From the NCBI GenBank assembly GCA_964016885.1, contig OZ024763.1, forward strand, positions 29,698,001-29,762,000: 64,000 bases of DNA. Reading direction: 5' to 3'. A program made the position numbers and the translations under genes. The first letter of the stretch is position 1, and every line of letters starts with the position of its first letter. Below, piece after piece: positions 26,921 through 41,619 of the stretch. Source of the stretch: Eledone cirrhosa. Lineage: Eukaryota. The notes beneath the pieces are model-generated. The model was not told the DNA's origin, ran no database searches, and saw only the letters and a program-made list of their open reading frames with translations.

Positions 26921-27939
26921 TTGATAGAGATAGGTAATGAAAGATATAGAGAGGGGGATTGGAAGAGAGTTTCGTGTAGGAGGGGTGGAGGGCATATGTT
27001 GTTGTTGTCGGTGTTGGTGGTGGTGGTTTTAGAGATGATGATGGTGGTGGTGGTGGTGTGGTGGTGGTGTTGGTGTTGGTGTTCGTCGTGGTGGTGATGA
27101 TGGTGGTGGTGGTGGTGGTGTTGGTGTTCGTGGTGGAGGTGGTGCTGATGGTCGTGGTGATGTCCGTGGTTGTGTGTGTGTGTGGGGGGGGGGGGCATTT
27201 GTTTTTGTTGTCATAGTTGGTGTTGGTGTTGGTGTTGTTGGTGGTGGGGTAGATGCTGGTGTTCGGTGGTGTTGGTGTTGGTGGTGGTGGAAGTGTTGGT
27301 GGTGTTGGTGGTGTTGGTGATGGTGATGTTGGTGGTGGTGGCGGTGGTGGTGGTGGTATTGGTGTTGGTGGTGGTCGTGGTGTTTGTTGGTGGTTGTAGG
27401 GGGCATATGTTGTTGTCGTCATAGTTGGTGGTGGTGTTGCTGTTGTTGGTGGTGGTGGTGGTGTTGGTGTTGGGGTAGGTGTTGCTGTTGATGGTGGTGT
27501 TGGACGTGGGGTAGGTGTTGTGCTGTTGGTGGTGGTGTTTGTGTTGGTGATCATATATATACCATACTACTGATAAAGATACTGACAGTGGTGGCGGTGA
27601 TGACAAAAGATACCCCTAACACTTGTTGTGATGTCTCTAGAATGTGTAGGGTTCGGTTCGGCGAGTGTTTTGTGTTTTCGATCGGCGGCCATGATGAATC
27701 ACAGACAACAAACCTTCGGCCCATGACTCATAATGGTTTCCATAAACCTGTAAATAAAGTCTGCAGAATGAACAACAGGAGTGGATGATTATATCACCCA
27801 AGAGTCAAGGGTCCATATGTATATATATATATATGTATATATGTATATATATATATATGTATATATGTGTATATATATATGTGTGTATATTTATATATAT
27901 ATATATATGTGTATATATATGTATATATATATGTATATG

Positions 27940-27971
<32 letters not shown>

Positions 27972-27988
27972 AATATATATATATGTAA

Positions 27989-28042
<54 letters not shown>

Positions 28043-28213
28043 ATATATATATATATGGATTTATATATATATATAAATATATATATATATATGTATATAT
28101 ATGTATATGTATATATATATATGAACATATGCTTATGTATATAAATATATATATATATGTATTTATATATATATATATGTATATGTATATATATATATGA
28201 AAATATGCTTATG

Positions 28214-28268
<55 letters not shown>

Positions 28269-28375
28269 TTATATATATATATATAAATATATATATATGT
28301 ATATATATGTATATGTATATATATATATGAACATATGCTTATGTATATAAATATATATATATATATATGCATAAA

Positions 28376-28540
<165 letters not shown>

Positions 28541-28666
28541 GCAATTAGATGGTGTATGCGTGTGATCTATACATATATACATTTATATATACATGTAATA
28601 TAAATATGTGTGTATGTTTGATTTGTAAGTGCAAGAACAACGAACGCGATCATCATCATCTTCATC

Positions 28667-28719
<53 letters not shown>

Positions 28720-28862
28720 CATTTGTAGCAACAGCAGTGGTATTAGCAACTGTAGTAGTAGTAGTAGTAGTTGTAGCAACAGCAGTGGTATTAGCAACTG
28801 TAGTAGTAGTAGTAGTAGTAGTAGTAGTAATAGTAGTAGCAACAGCAGTGGTATTAGCAACT

Positions 28863-28911
<49 letters not shown>

Positions 28912-28934
28912 CAACAGCAGTGGTATTAGCAATT

Positions 28935-28970
<36 letters not shown>

Positions 28971-29012
28971 ATAGTAGTAGTAGTAGTAGCAACAGCAGTG
29001 GTATTAGCAACT

Positions 29013-29057
<45 letters not shown>

Positions 29058-29226
29058 ATAGTAGTAGCAACAGCAGTGGTATTAGCAATTGTAGTAGTAG
29101 TAGTAGTAGTAGTAGTAATAGTAGTAGTAGTAGTAGTAGTAGTAGCAACAGCAGTGGTATTAGCAATTGTAGTAGTAGTAGTAGTAGTAGTAATAGTAGT
29201 AGCAACAGCAGTGGTATTAGTAACTC

Positions 29227-29272
<46 letters not shown>

Positions 29273-29283
29273 TGTAATAGTAG
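28667..29283. repeat. Compound (GTA)n minisatellite with spacer gcaacagcagtggtattagcaa
   Basis: About 9 spacer copies separated by variable (GTA)n. Confidence 0.9.
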
Positions 29284-29508
29284 TGTGTTTATGATGACAT
29301 AATATGAAACTGAAATGAAATGATGCCGCATTACAATATCCCTGAGGTGTTGTTGTTGTTGTTGTTGCTGTTACTGTTATTGTTGCCTTTGTTGTTGTTG
29401 CAGTTGTTGTTGCTGCTATTATTGCATGTGTGTATGTATGTATAAATGCAGGCATGCTTGTATATATATATATATATATATATATTTGTGTGTATGTGTA
29501 TGTGTGTG

Positions 29509-29542
<34 letters not shown>

Positions 29543-29679
29543 CGTGCGTGCGTATACGTGTCTGTGTTTGTGTGTACATATGCATGTGTTCATATGTATA
29601 TGTATGTATGTATGTATGTATGTATGAATGTATATATGCATGCATAAATGTATATATGTATGTATGTATGTATTTATGA

Positions 29680-30180
29680 ATACATATATGTATGCATGTA
29701 TGAATGTATATATGTATGTAACGTATATATGTATGTAACGTATATATGTATGGATGTATATATGTATGCATGTATGAATGTATATATGTAATGTATGTAT
29801 ATATATGTATGTAACGTATATATGTATGGATGTATATATGTATGCATGTATGAATGTATATATGTAATGTATGTATATATGTATGTAACGTATATATGTA
29901 TGAATGTATATATGTATGCATGTATGAATGTATATATATAATGTATGTATATATGTATGAATGTATATATGTATGCATGTATGAATGTATATATGTAATG
30001 TATGTATATATGTATGTAACGTATATATGTATGAATGTATATATGTATACATGTATGAATGTATATATGTAATGTATGTATATATATGTATGTAACGTAT
30101 ATATGTATGAATGTATATATGTAAGCATGTATGAATGTATGCATGTAATGTATGTATATATATATGTAACGTATGTATGC
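29680..30180. repeat. Minisatellite, ~65-70-bp unit (tgtaacgtatatatgtatg...)
   Basis: Recurring gtaacgta and gcatgtatgaatg motifs. Confidence 0.75.
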
Positions 30181-30198
30181 TAATATATGTATGTATCA

Positions 30199-30317
30199 TA
30201 ATTGTTTCAACTTTTGGCACAAGGCCAGCAATTACCCAGTGTATTACTGGTACTTTATTTTATCGACCCCGTAAGGATGAAAGGCAAAGTTAACCTCAGC
30301 GGGATTTGAACTCAGAT
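30199..30317 (-). mobile_element. SINE family B, 5'-truncated
   Basis: Same central domain and tail as the other copies. Confidence 0.85.
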
Positions 30318-30588
30318 CATGATGGGATATATACTTCTAACGACAAGAAAACCAACGCAGTATTTCAAATAAAAGAACTCAATACTCTTTCTGGAGTCGA
30401 ATACGATTGAATGAAATACATTTTACATTTGCCAAAGTTAAGTTGACTAGCAACTTTTCAGTATGGTTGCGCTTCGTCGGTAGCGATGACATAAAGAGAT
30501 GTAAATATAGAGATTCTAACGAAATATTTCTCGTTTCTATGTTAATTATTGAGATGAAAGTATGGCGGCGATAATAAATATAAATGTG

Positions 30589-30662
<74 letters not shown>

Positions 30663-30715
30663 TGTATATATATGGATATGTATGCATGTATGTTTATACA
30701 TATAGTTATATGTAC

Positions 30716-30795
<80 letters not shown>

Positions 30796-30799
30796 ATGT

Positions 30800-30858
<59 letters not shown>

Positions 30859-30895
30859 AATATATATATTTATATAAATATATATATTTATATAA

Positions 30896-30936
<41 letters not shown>

Positions 30937-31023
30937 TATATAAATATATATAAATATATATATATATATAAATATATATATATATAAATATATATATATA
31001 TAAATATATATATTTATATAAAT

Positions 31024-31054
<31 letters not shown>

Positions 31055-31119
31055 AATATATATAAATATATATATATATATAAATATATATATATATAAA
31101 TATATATATTTATATAAAT

Positions 31120-31238
<119 letters not shown>

Positions 31239-31301
31239 AATATATATATATATAAATATATATGTATATAAATATATATATATAAATATATATATATATA
31301 A

Positions 31302-31335
<34 letters not shown>

Positions 31336-31539
31336 ACACGGATATATATTCATATATGAGTATATGTATAGTTAAAGGTACAGGTATATCTATACACACA
31401 CATATATATATATATATAAAGATATATATATATATATATTACGATAGGGCAAATCAATTTGAATATTTTCAAAATAGTCAGATAAATTAGTAAGCCGCTA
31501 TTGGATTTACCAATTTTTTCCACTGCTTGGAGATAACTC

Positions 31540-31670
31540 AGGAAAACATACTGCTTAAGGTTAGATTGAAGAAGGGGGTGGGAAAATGAGGTGGTGCGTT
31601 CCAGAGGGTGGGTGATAAAGGAAGAGCAAGGGGTAGAAGACAAATTGAAATGTGTATGCGAAGAACAGTT
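31540..31670 (-). mobile_element. Possible CR1/L2-type LINE 3' remnant
   Basis: Minus strand reads ...HFNLSSTP / TLWNAPP, resembling the F..SF.P and WN.LP motifs; weak. Confidence 0.3.
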
Positions 31671-31781
31671 AAATTAAAATGTCTGTATGACTCAGATTTG
31701 AAAGACTTTTGAAAGTAAAAGGAATTTTTAAAAACAAATTAAGTTAGAAACAATTATGTGATAATCAGCTTGAGGGTCTGC

Positions 31782-31839
<58 letters not shown>

Positions 31840-31887
31840 CATCTTTAGTAGTAGTAGTAATAGTATTAGTAATAGTAGTATTAGTAT

Positions 31888-31923
<36 letters not shown>

Positions 31924-31952
31924 TAGTAGTCGACGTCGTAGTAGTGGTCGTA

Positions 31953-32042
<90 letters not shown>

Positions 32043-32069
32043 GTATATGTATATATATATACATGCATT

Positions 32070-32100
<31 letters not shown>

Positions 32101-32117
32101 GTATATATATACATGCA

Positions 32118-32161
<44 letters not shown>

Positions 32162-32228
32162 CATGCATATATGTATATATATATATGTATATATATATAT
32201 ATGTATATATATATACATGCATAGATAA

Positions 32229-32300
<72 letters not shown>

Positions 32301-32457
32301 ACATGTCTGTCTGTCTGTCCATCTGACTGTGTATAAATGTATGTATGTATGTATGTATGTATATGTCTGTGTCTGCCTGTCTATGTATGTATGTGTATGT
32401 GTTTGTCTGCCTATCTATGTATGTATGTTTGTTTTTGTGTGTGTCTGCCTGTCTATG

Positions 32458-32519
<62 letters not shown>

Positions 32520-32851
32520 TCTCAGTACGTGTGTCTGTGTTTATACTTGACGTAATGGTATTTTCTCCGGAGCGCTAAATAGAATAAAATAAAACAAAAT
32601 GGTTGCTTGAATACAAATAAATATTGAAGAATGTAAACATAGCTTGGCTTTTTAAATCTGAAACTGCATTGATTCACCTTTAAAGAGCCATTCTCTAATT
32701 GCCATAACACAAACAAAAGCGTTATTGGTACTTGGTCCAACAGATTTGTATTTTCATTGTGAACGCTGTAGAGACAACTGGCTAAGAATTTCACTTCGCA
32801 ATGATTAATTGTTTGGGTTCAATCCCAACAGCACGGGTATATATATATATG

Positions 32852-32995
32852 GACATAGAATAAAGAATGCAAATGCAAAAGATATTGTTGACAATTAGTC
32901 TTTTACCTTAGATTTATTTAAATGTCCTTAATTTTCGAGATAATATCTCTTCTTCGGTGATAATATCTCTTCTTCAAGTGAACTATAACCTCCTC
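32852..32995 (-). mobile_element. Element with a partially duplicated, decayed hammerhead motif
   Basis: Minus strand TTGAAGAagagatattatcac-CGAAGA-a-GAGAtattaTCTC-GAAA-ATTAAG; its flank recurs at 61985-62025. Confidence 0.45.
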
Positions 32996-32996
32996 C

Positions 32997-33028
<32 letters not shown>

Positions 33029-33029
33029 C

Positions 33030-33200
33030 CAGTGAATTTCCAAACGACAAGGTATGATTTTCATGGGTATGTCTCCATTTATAAAACAAACTTTGTATTT
33101 GATCTGAAGAAAGCGTACCAATGTTGTCTTGCTTACTCTTCAAATATATATAATAAAATAAATATGGTTTTATAAATATAATTTCCATTTATTTAATATC
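33030..33200 (+). mobile_element. Family H element, hammerhead mutated (GAAA>CAAA)
   Basis: CTGAAGA...CAAA-TATATA-TA-ATAAAATAAATATGG; similar to 24219-24280 and 48755-48930. Confidence 0.6.
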
Positions 33201-33354
33201 ATTGAATATAGTTTCCATTTATTTAATATCATTGTATATGTATGTATATATATGTGTATATATATATATACATATATATATATTAATGTGTATGTGTGTT
33301 AGGCAATTCCAAAGGAAAAGCAAAGCAAAAAAGAGTGCTCTACGTATATAACAT

Positions 33355-33422
33355 CTCTGCCTGACGAACGATCCAAACATATATTATTATCTACTGTGAT
33401 CCAGAAACCTTTGGTAATGGAG
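33355..33422 (+). ncRNA. Type I hammerhead motif, partly decayed (family J)
   Basis: ctctgc-CTGACGA-acGATC...GATCca-GAAA-CC ttt GG-TA-atggag; GUA triplet. Confidence 0.55.
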
Positions 33423-33448
33423 TAGTTAACTTTGTGTTGTTCAATTTC

Positions 33449-33493
<45 letters not shown>

Positions 33494-33520
33494 TTATTAT
33501 TATTACTATATATATATTAT

Positions 33521-33582
<62 letters not shown>

Positions 33583-33588
<6 letters not shown>

Positions 33589-33812
33589 ATAACAGATTAA
33601 AGTTTAAGAAAAGAATCGCAGCTTTCACCCTTAACGGGATCTTCTGAACCTAAAAAAAAATCAATCTGTGAATGCAGAAATAAATATTCCGGAAAACGTT
33701 GCAACCGAAGGAAAACATGTTTTCTCTATGGTTCTTATATATTTGATATATATTTATCCTTATCGAGCCCTTTTGGGATTTTAGTCTTCACATTTATTAT
33801 TATTACTATATA
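33583..33812. mobile_element. Family E element (inverted segment plus tail)
   Basis: Inverted part 33583-33715 joined to the family E tail. Confidence 0.8.
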
Positions 33813-33818
33813 TATAAC

Positions 33819-34028
33819 TAGTTCCACACCAGTTAGTTCACCATACCGAGAACAAATCAAATGTTTCACCTTATGCGGATCTTCAGCTTAGACCGAGCTC
33901 AAGATCCACATATGGTGAAACATTTGTTCACGGTAATGCTGAACTAACTATTGTCGAACTACTTCCACCAAACTCGTCCCATGGACTGAGTGCTCTACTA
34001 CTACGCATATAACCCTCCACTGTTCTAC

Positions 34029-34033
<5 letters not shown>
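33819..34033 (+). mobile_element. Family F fold-back element with a hammerhead motif in both arms
   Basis: Palindrome 33819-33961. Plus arm ACCGAG-CTcAAGA-tcc..ggt-GAAA-CATTTG-TT-CaCGGT; minus arm keeps CTGAAGA and CTCGGT. Confidence 0.8.
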
Positions 34034-34068
<35 letters not shown>

Positions 34069-34155
34069 ATATAGGAAGACACAAAGCAGGCTTTGCTTAC
34101 AAACAGCTAGTGAATTTGAAAAGTATGTAGTAACATGTCCTTATGCCGTATTATA

Positions 34156-34236
<81 letters not shown>

Positions 34237-34238
<2 letters not shown>

Positions 34239-34455
34239 CAAAGAAAGCGTGGTAAGAAAGCAGGTGGACCATAACGCACTAGAGTGCTCGATACTTAGTG
34301 TAGTAGAGTGGGTAATAGGAAAAGAGTCAGGACCCCGACGGCTGAGCTCCGGCCGTTTCGACAGCTAGATCCAAAATCCAGCATCATCATTCGGATCTAA
34401 TCTAGTTATCGAAACGGTCGGAGCTCAGCCGTCGGGGTCCTGACTGTTTTCCTAT
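34237..34455 (-). mobile_element. Family A fold-back element
   Basis: Tail plus hairpin 34315-34455. Confidence 0.85.
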
Positions 34456-34545
34456 ATATATATATTACATGTTATCCATGTGCTACCTGCAGTATTTTTC
34501 TCTCTCTCTCTCTATATATATATACAGTTTCTCTCTGTATATATA

Positions 34546-34605
<60 letters not shown>

Positions 34606-34613
<8 letters not shown>

Positions 34614-34692
34614 TACAAATATTAATAAAATAGATGTTCTTTTGATCAATTACATTTTATTATACATATTTTATTAATATTTGTATTTTAAT
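34606..34692. repeat. AT-rich inverted repeat, ~26-bp arms
   Basis: attaaaatacaaatattaataaaata / tattttattaatatttgtattttaat. Confidence 0.7.
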
Positions 34693-35264
34693 ATTAATAA
34701 CTCTGGAAAATTATTTTCCATAGAGTGCTTCCAATCTACTGTAAAACTCATTCTTTGATATACTCATTGAATCTTGTATAACTCTTTAATATATATATAT
34801 ATAAGTTGAAAAAAATGAAAATGAAATTTCATTTCTCACTCTTAGTATGGCACTTACTTAAATGTAAGTATGTATGTATACGTACATACATATATGTATA
34901 CAGACGTACAGTAGCATGCATATATATAAATTTCGTTTTCATTTTTTTTTCAACTTATCGTTTTCGGTATGCCTGACCGATTTAACTCACTCAATATGCA
35001 AATTAGGCTGCTCAGCCGTTAATTTTCATAAGGAAAGTATATACTTTCGAACGTTCAACTATCTGGCAGATGGGTAAACGGTGCTGATGATAGCTAACAA
35101 GCTTGAAACTAGTACATCGTTCCTGTGTCAGTGTTGAACAAAAAGGTGACGTGGTTGCCTTAACACCGTATGGCATAAATTCAGGTTGTTCAGTTTGTTG
35201 ACAAACGAACAAAGCGGCAATCGTCCGCTAAACTGATGCGTGCATATATTTGTATGTGTACCTG

Positions 35265-35299
<35 letters not shown>

Positions 35300-35330
35300 A
35301 GTGTAATTTTCTACACAAAACGAAGGTTAT

Positions 35331-35517
35331 AGAGAAAATTGAGATTGGTAATGGCACATGGAATATATAAGAGACAGAATACTTTTTTGTGAAAAAACAT
35401 AATTTTATAAGGTAAGGAAATACCCTTTATTATTTCCTTACCTTATAAAATTATGTTTTTTCACAAAAAAGTATTCTGTCTCTTATATATTCCATGTGCC
35501 ATTACCAACCTCAATTT

Positions 35518-35522
<5 letters not shown>
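35331..35522. repeat. Near-perfect palindrome, 92-bp arms, 8-nt loop
   Basis: 35331-35422 versus 35431-35522; one visible mismatch. Confidence 0.92.
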
Positions 35523-35550
<28 letters not shown>

Positions 35551-35603
35551 GCATGCTACTGTACGTCTGTATACATATATGTATGTACGTATACATACAT
35601 ACT

Positions 35604-35671
<68 letters not shown>

Positions 35672-35716
35672 ATAGAATACTGTTAGCTTCTCGCTACAAC
35701 AATTTCTATACCTTTC

Positions 35717-35801
<85 letters not shown>

Positions 35802-35818
35802 GAGAGAGTTAGATTGAC

Positions 35819-35851
<33 letters not shown>

Positions 35852-36340
35852 TGCACTTATAATATTCATATTCATTAGTATTGGTGGTGGTGGTGGTGAC
35901 GGCGGTCTTAATGATGGTGGTGGTGGTTGTGGTGACAGTGGTGGTGGTATGGTCGGTGATGATGACATTACTACTCGTACAGAAGCCAGGGTGTTGATAA
36001 TGGGTGGTGGTGACATTGGTGGCGGTGTTTCAGGTGTGTATATATATAGAACTGCCGTTACTACTAATAATAATGTTGATGATGATGGTGGCTGATGTAG
36101 CGGGGAATGCTGGTAAGAAGAAAAATCAATATTTGTAATTAAACATTAATTTAATCTCTTTTTTTTTTACATAAAGCCTTGAAGATTTTATGAACTATTT
36201 ATGAAATTTGAAATTTCTTAAAGAATTATATTTTAAATTTTCAAAATCTTATTATATTTCCATCAGTTTAAGGTTGTTTTTTGTTTTTTGTACGAATTTT
36301 ATTTTAGAGGGGGGGGGGGGGGGCTATAATAAATTTAAAA

Positions 36341-36438
<98 letters not shown>

Positions 36439-36730
36439 AATTGAAAAGAATAAGGAAGAGAAAGAAAGAGAGCAAGAGAGAAAGAAAGATTGGTTGGTGG
36501 TGGTGTTGATGGTTGTGGTGGTGTTGATGGTTGTGGTGGGGTTGATGGTTGTGGTGGGGTTGATGGTTGTGGTGGGGGTTGTGTTGGCGGTAGTGGTGGA
36601 GGTGGTGGTGTTGGTCGTGGTGTTGGTGATAGTGGTGTAAGTGCTGCTGGTGGCGGTGGTTGTGTTGGTAGTCGTGTTGGTAGTATTGGTGTTGGTGGTG
36701 GTGGTGGTGGTGATAGTCTTGTTGGTAGTG

Positions 36731-36762
<32 letters not shown>

Positions 36763-37472
36763 GGTGGTGCTAGCGCTGGTGATATTTTTGTTGTTGCTGA
36801 TGATGGTGGTGGGGTGATGTTAAAGGTGTTGGTGGTGGTGGTGTTGGTAGTGTTGGTGGTGGTGGTGTGGTGTTAATGGTTGTGTTGATGATAGTGGCGG
36901 CGGTGGTGGTGGTGGTCGTGTTGGTAGTGTTGTTGGTAGTGTTGGTGTTGGTGGTGTGGTGTTAATGTTTGTGTTGATGATAGTGGCGGTGGTGGTGGTG
37001 TTGGTAGTGTTGGTGTTGGTGGTGTGGTGTTAATGGTTGTGTTGATGATAGTGGTGGTGGTGGTGGTGATGGTGTTGGTAGTGTTGTTGGTAGTGTTGGT
37101 GGTGGTGGTGGTGGTAGTGTTGTTGGTAATGTTGATGGTGGTGGTGATGGTGGTGGTGGTGAGAGTGGTGATGGTATTGTTTGTGGCACTGGTGGTAATG
37201 GCGAGGCTGATGATGATGCTGCTGGTGGTGGTGGTGGTTGGTTAAGTTAGTGGTAGTAGTAGTTGTGCTGATGGTACTGATATTGTTGTTTGTAGTAATA
37301 GTAGTGTTGGTGGTAGTGGTAGTGTTTGGTGTAATGGTGGTGGTAGTGTAGTGATAGTTATTGTAGTAGTTGTTGTGGTGTTGGTGATGGGTGTGGTGGT
37401 GGTACTGATAGAAGTGATGGTGTTGGTACTGGTTGAAGTGTTCATGGTAGTGTTAGTGTCTTAGTGCTGTTG

Positions 37473-37507
<35 letters not shown>

Positions 37508-38107
37508 TGGGGTTAATATGGTTGAAGTGGTTGTAGTATGGTGATGGTGGTGGTTGTGAAGAGGGAGAGGGAAATCGAGGAGGAAAACTCCATACACCCT
37601 GACTTGGCGCTATACTTTAGCTAAGCAGCACGGAGGACAATATATCTAATCAATAGTCACGTAGAACAACCAGCGTTACTCATGGCTTCAGCCATGTGGA
37701 AGCGTGTGGCGGTTTCGGGCGATTTAAAAAAGAACATTTCTGAAATGTGAAATCATATTTTCATAACCGAATTTTACCGTCATATTGTTTTAAGGGATTC
37801 AGAGATCGGGGTCCTTAAGTGTATGGGTACACTCAATGATAGTCACGTGAGACCAGATGGAGCTGCATTTGTTGTTAGGCTAAAGTTTCTTGTTACAGGA
37901 AGTACAAAAGGTGATTTTATCTAAAGATGTTGCACTGAGTTGAATGTAAATCATTGTTGCTGCACCAAGGGCGATAACCGCAGCCCTAGATATACACATA
38001 GATAGAGATATGTTTTTATATACATACACACACAGAAACATACACACATAGACACACGCCTACATATATATATATATACAATATACATTATTGTATGTAT
38101 ATATAAG

Positions 38108-38154
<47 letters not shown>

Positions 38155-38194
38155 ATTTGTGTGAATGATTATGTGTGTATATATATACATATAT

Positions 38195-38275
<81 letters not shown>

Positions 38276-38284
38276 TATATATAT

Positions 38285-38560
38285 ACGTTATTCCGGGTTG
38301 AATCGGAGGTAACCACAGTAAGTAAGGTACTCAATACATAGCAGAGTATAACAGTTTTAATATAGAAGAGATTCTACAGGACTAGAACTGTTTCATTCAT
38401 TAGAAATCATCAGGAATCTGTGTATCAAAAAATAAATATGGTATTTATAGGTCTCTACAAGTGGTAGGAGAGGGTGGGGAGTGGGATGGGTGCAGGTCAT
38501 TGGTTGATAGAAAAGGGAATTCATTAAAAGCTAATTCTACAAAGCTATAGTTTATTTTTA
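38285..38560 (-). mobile_element. Family G element (pLTR-like: CCAAT, TATA, hammerhead, tail) in (TA)n
   Basis: Minus strand has CCAAT (38499-38503), TATAAA (38444-38449), the hammerhead and an ~85-nt tail with GAGTACCT. Confidence 0.7.
38369..38419 (-). ncRNA. Type I hammerhead ribozyme motif with complete core (family G)
   Basis: AGATTC-CTGATGA-tTTCtaatGAAt-GAAA-CAG ttctagtc CTG-TA-GAATCT: 6-bp stem I, GUA triplet. Confidence 0.82.
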
Positions 38561-38651
38561 TTTTTATTTATATTTATTTATGTTTTTAGAGTAACAAATA
38601 TGCATATATATATATATATATATATACAGATATATACACGCATATATATAC

Positions 38652-38682
<31 letters not shown>

Positions 38683-38717
38683 CTTCTATATATACATGCA
38701 TATATGTATGTATGTAT

Positions 38718-38762
<45 letters not shown>

Positions 38763-38768
38763 TGAATG

Positions 38769-39420
<652 letters not shown>

Positions 39421-39660
39421 TATATATATGTGTGTGTGTGTGTCTGTGTGTCTCTGTGTGTGTGTTTGTCTGTCCATAAATATATATATATATGTATATA
39501 TATGTATGAATACTATGACTACAACAACAATAACGATATGATCATCACAGCTGCAATAACTTATGTAACAATACACACTGTATGAAAACACTCGCAGGTG
39601 TTCTCACAAAAAAACCTTGTAGTTTCTAAATAAACATCTTTCTTTCTCTCTGTCTCTTTC

Positions 39661-39662
<2 letters not shown>

Positions 39663-39691
<29 letters not shown>

Positions 39692-39826
39692 CTTCTTCTT
39701 CTTCTTCTGTTTCTTCTTCTTCTTCTTCTTCTTCTTCTTGTCTTTCTTCTTCTTCTTCTTCTTCTTCTTCTTCTTCTTCTTCTTCTTCTTCTTCTTCTTC
39801 TTCTTCTTCTTCTTCTTCTTCTTCTT
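39663..39826. repeat. (TTC)n microsatellite
   Basis: Direct reading. Confidence 0.95.
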
Positions 39827-40088
39827 TTGCCTCATCCACATCGTCACCTCCACCATCACCACCTCCACCATCACCATCGTCACCATCATCGTTATCATCA
39901 TTATGCTAATATTTTTTCCACGTTAGTTTCATACATATTTTTTTTCACTTTTTTATTTTTTTTAGTGATTGAAGGGGAAACATTTTCATTTTAAATATCA
40001 TATTTTTTATTTGTCTATATTGGAGTTATTTCTTCCCATATTTTGTCTTGTCTTGTTTTGCTGTTTGCTTTTGTTAGTTTTTTTCTTC

Positions 40089-40188
<100 letters not shown>

Positions 40189-41004
40189 TTGTTTTGTGGT
40201 CTTTGTGCGTTTCTTTATCATCTGTTTACATTGCTGCAAAAAAAAAAGAAAAGATTATTTTGTTTCATATATATTTTTTTTAATTTTCATTTTTCATATT
40301 AAATCTTTTTGTGTATGTGTGTCCATTCGTGTGTTTGGCCTACCTCCCCGTGTTTCGCTCTTTTGCTTTATGTAATGTCTGTTTATTTGGTTTGTGGTCT
40401 TTGTGCGTTAATATTGGTTTATTTTGATAAAAAAATAAATAAATATAATCTCGTTTGTGTAATATATTTTTGAAAATTATCATTTTGAATATTAAGTATT
40501 TTTTTTTATTAGTATGTTTGGATTACTTTCTCTTGTTTCGGTCTTTCGCTTTATGTAATCTGTGTTGGTTTTGTGGTCTTTGTGCGTAAATATGGTTTAC
40601 TTTACTGTTTTTCTATCTTTCTACGCATTTCTGTTGTTTGTTGCTATTTTTTTTATTTTCAGTTGATTTTTTTTATGTTGGCTGTAAGGGTGGTGCTGAT
40701 GTGTGCTATGGTCGTGGTTGTCTTGTTGGTGTTGGTGGTGCTGGTGGTAGTGGTTTGTTGTTGGTGATAGTAGTGATGTTGGCTTTGTTGTTGTTGTTGG
40801 TGGTGGTAGTGGTGTTGGTTTTGTTGTTGGTGGTGATGGTAGTGGTGTTGGTTTTGTTGTTGGTCGCGATGTTATGGTATTTTTTTCTTTTTGGTGGTGG
40901 TAGAAGGATGCTGCTGCTGCTACTACTGCTGCTAAACATATTACTACAATTACTGTTCCGCTACATATAGTTGGTGACGGTGGTGATGATGAGGAATATA
41001 ATTG

Positions 41005-41043
<39 letters not shown>

Positions 41044-41200
41044 CGATCATCATCATCATCATGGCGTTGATGATCCTTATCAGGCTGAGGGGTATGATAA
41101 CGAAGATGATGATGAGGATCACACTGATGCTGACGATGATGATGATGATGACGATGACAATGATGACGATGACGATGATGATAATGATGACAACGTTGAC

Positions 41201-41237
<37 letters not shown>

Positions 41238-41477
41238 TCGATGATGATTTTAATGACGACGATGACACTGATGCTGACGATGACAATGATGACGGTGACG
41301 ATGCCGATGACGATGATGAGAATGACGATGCCGATGACGATGACGATGATGATATATATGCTGTGATAAGATGTTCATTACTGCACAATACATCTATCAA
41401 CATACCTTGCATTCTATATTATTTCTATATTTTTTTAATATTTAAACATTATTAAAACAGAATCGTTTATATTTGTA

Positions 41478-41575
41478 AGGTTAACTTTGCCTTTCATCCT
41501 TACGGGGTCGATCAAATAAAGTACCAGTAATACACTGGGGAGATTGCTGGCCTTGTGCCAAAAGTAGAAACAATT
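41478..41575 (+). mobile_element. SINE family B, 3' half
   Basis: ggttaactttgcctttcatcc...gtagaaacaatt. Confidence 0.8.
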
Positions 41576-41619
41576 ATATGAATTTATATATTCATATTTT
41601 TTTCTATATGACTGCTGGC

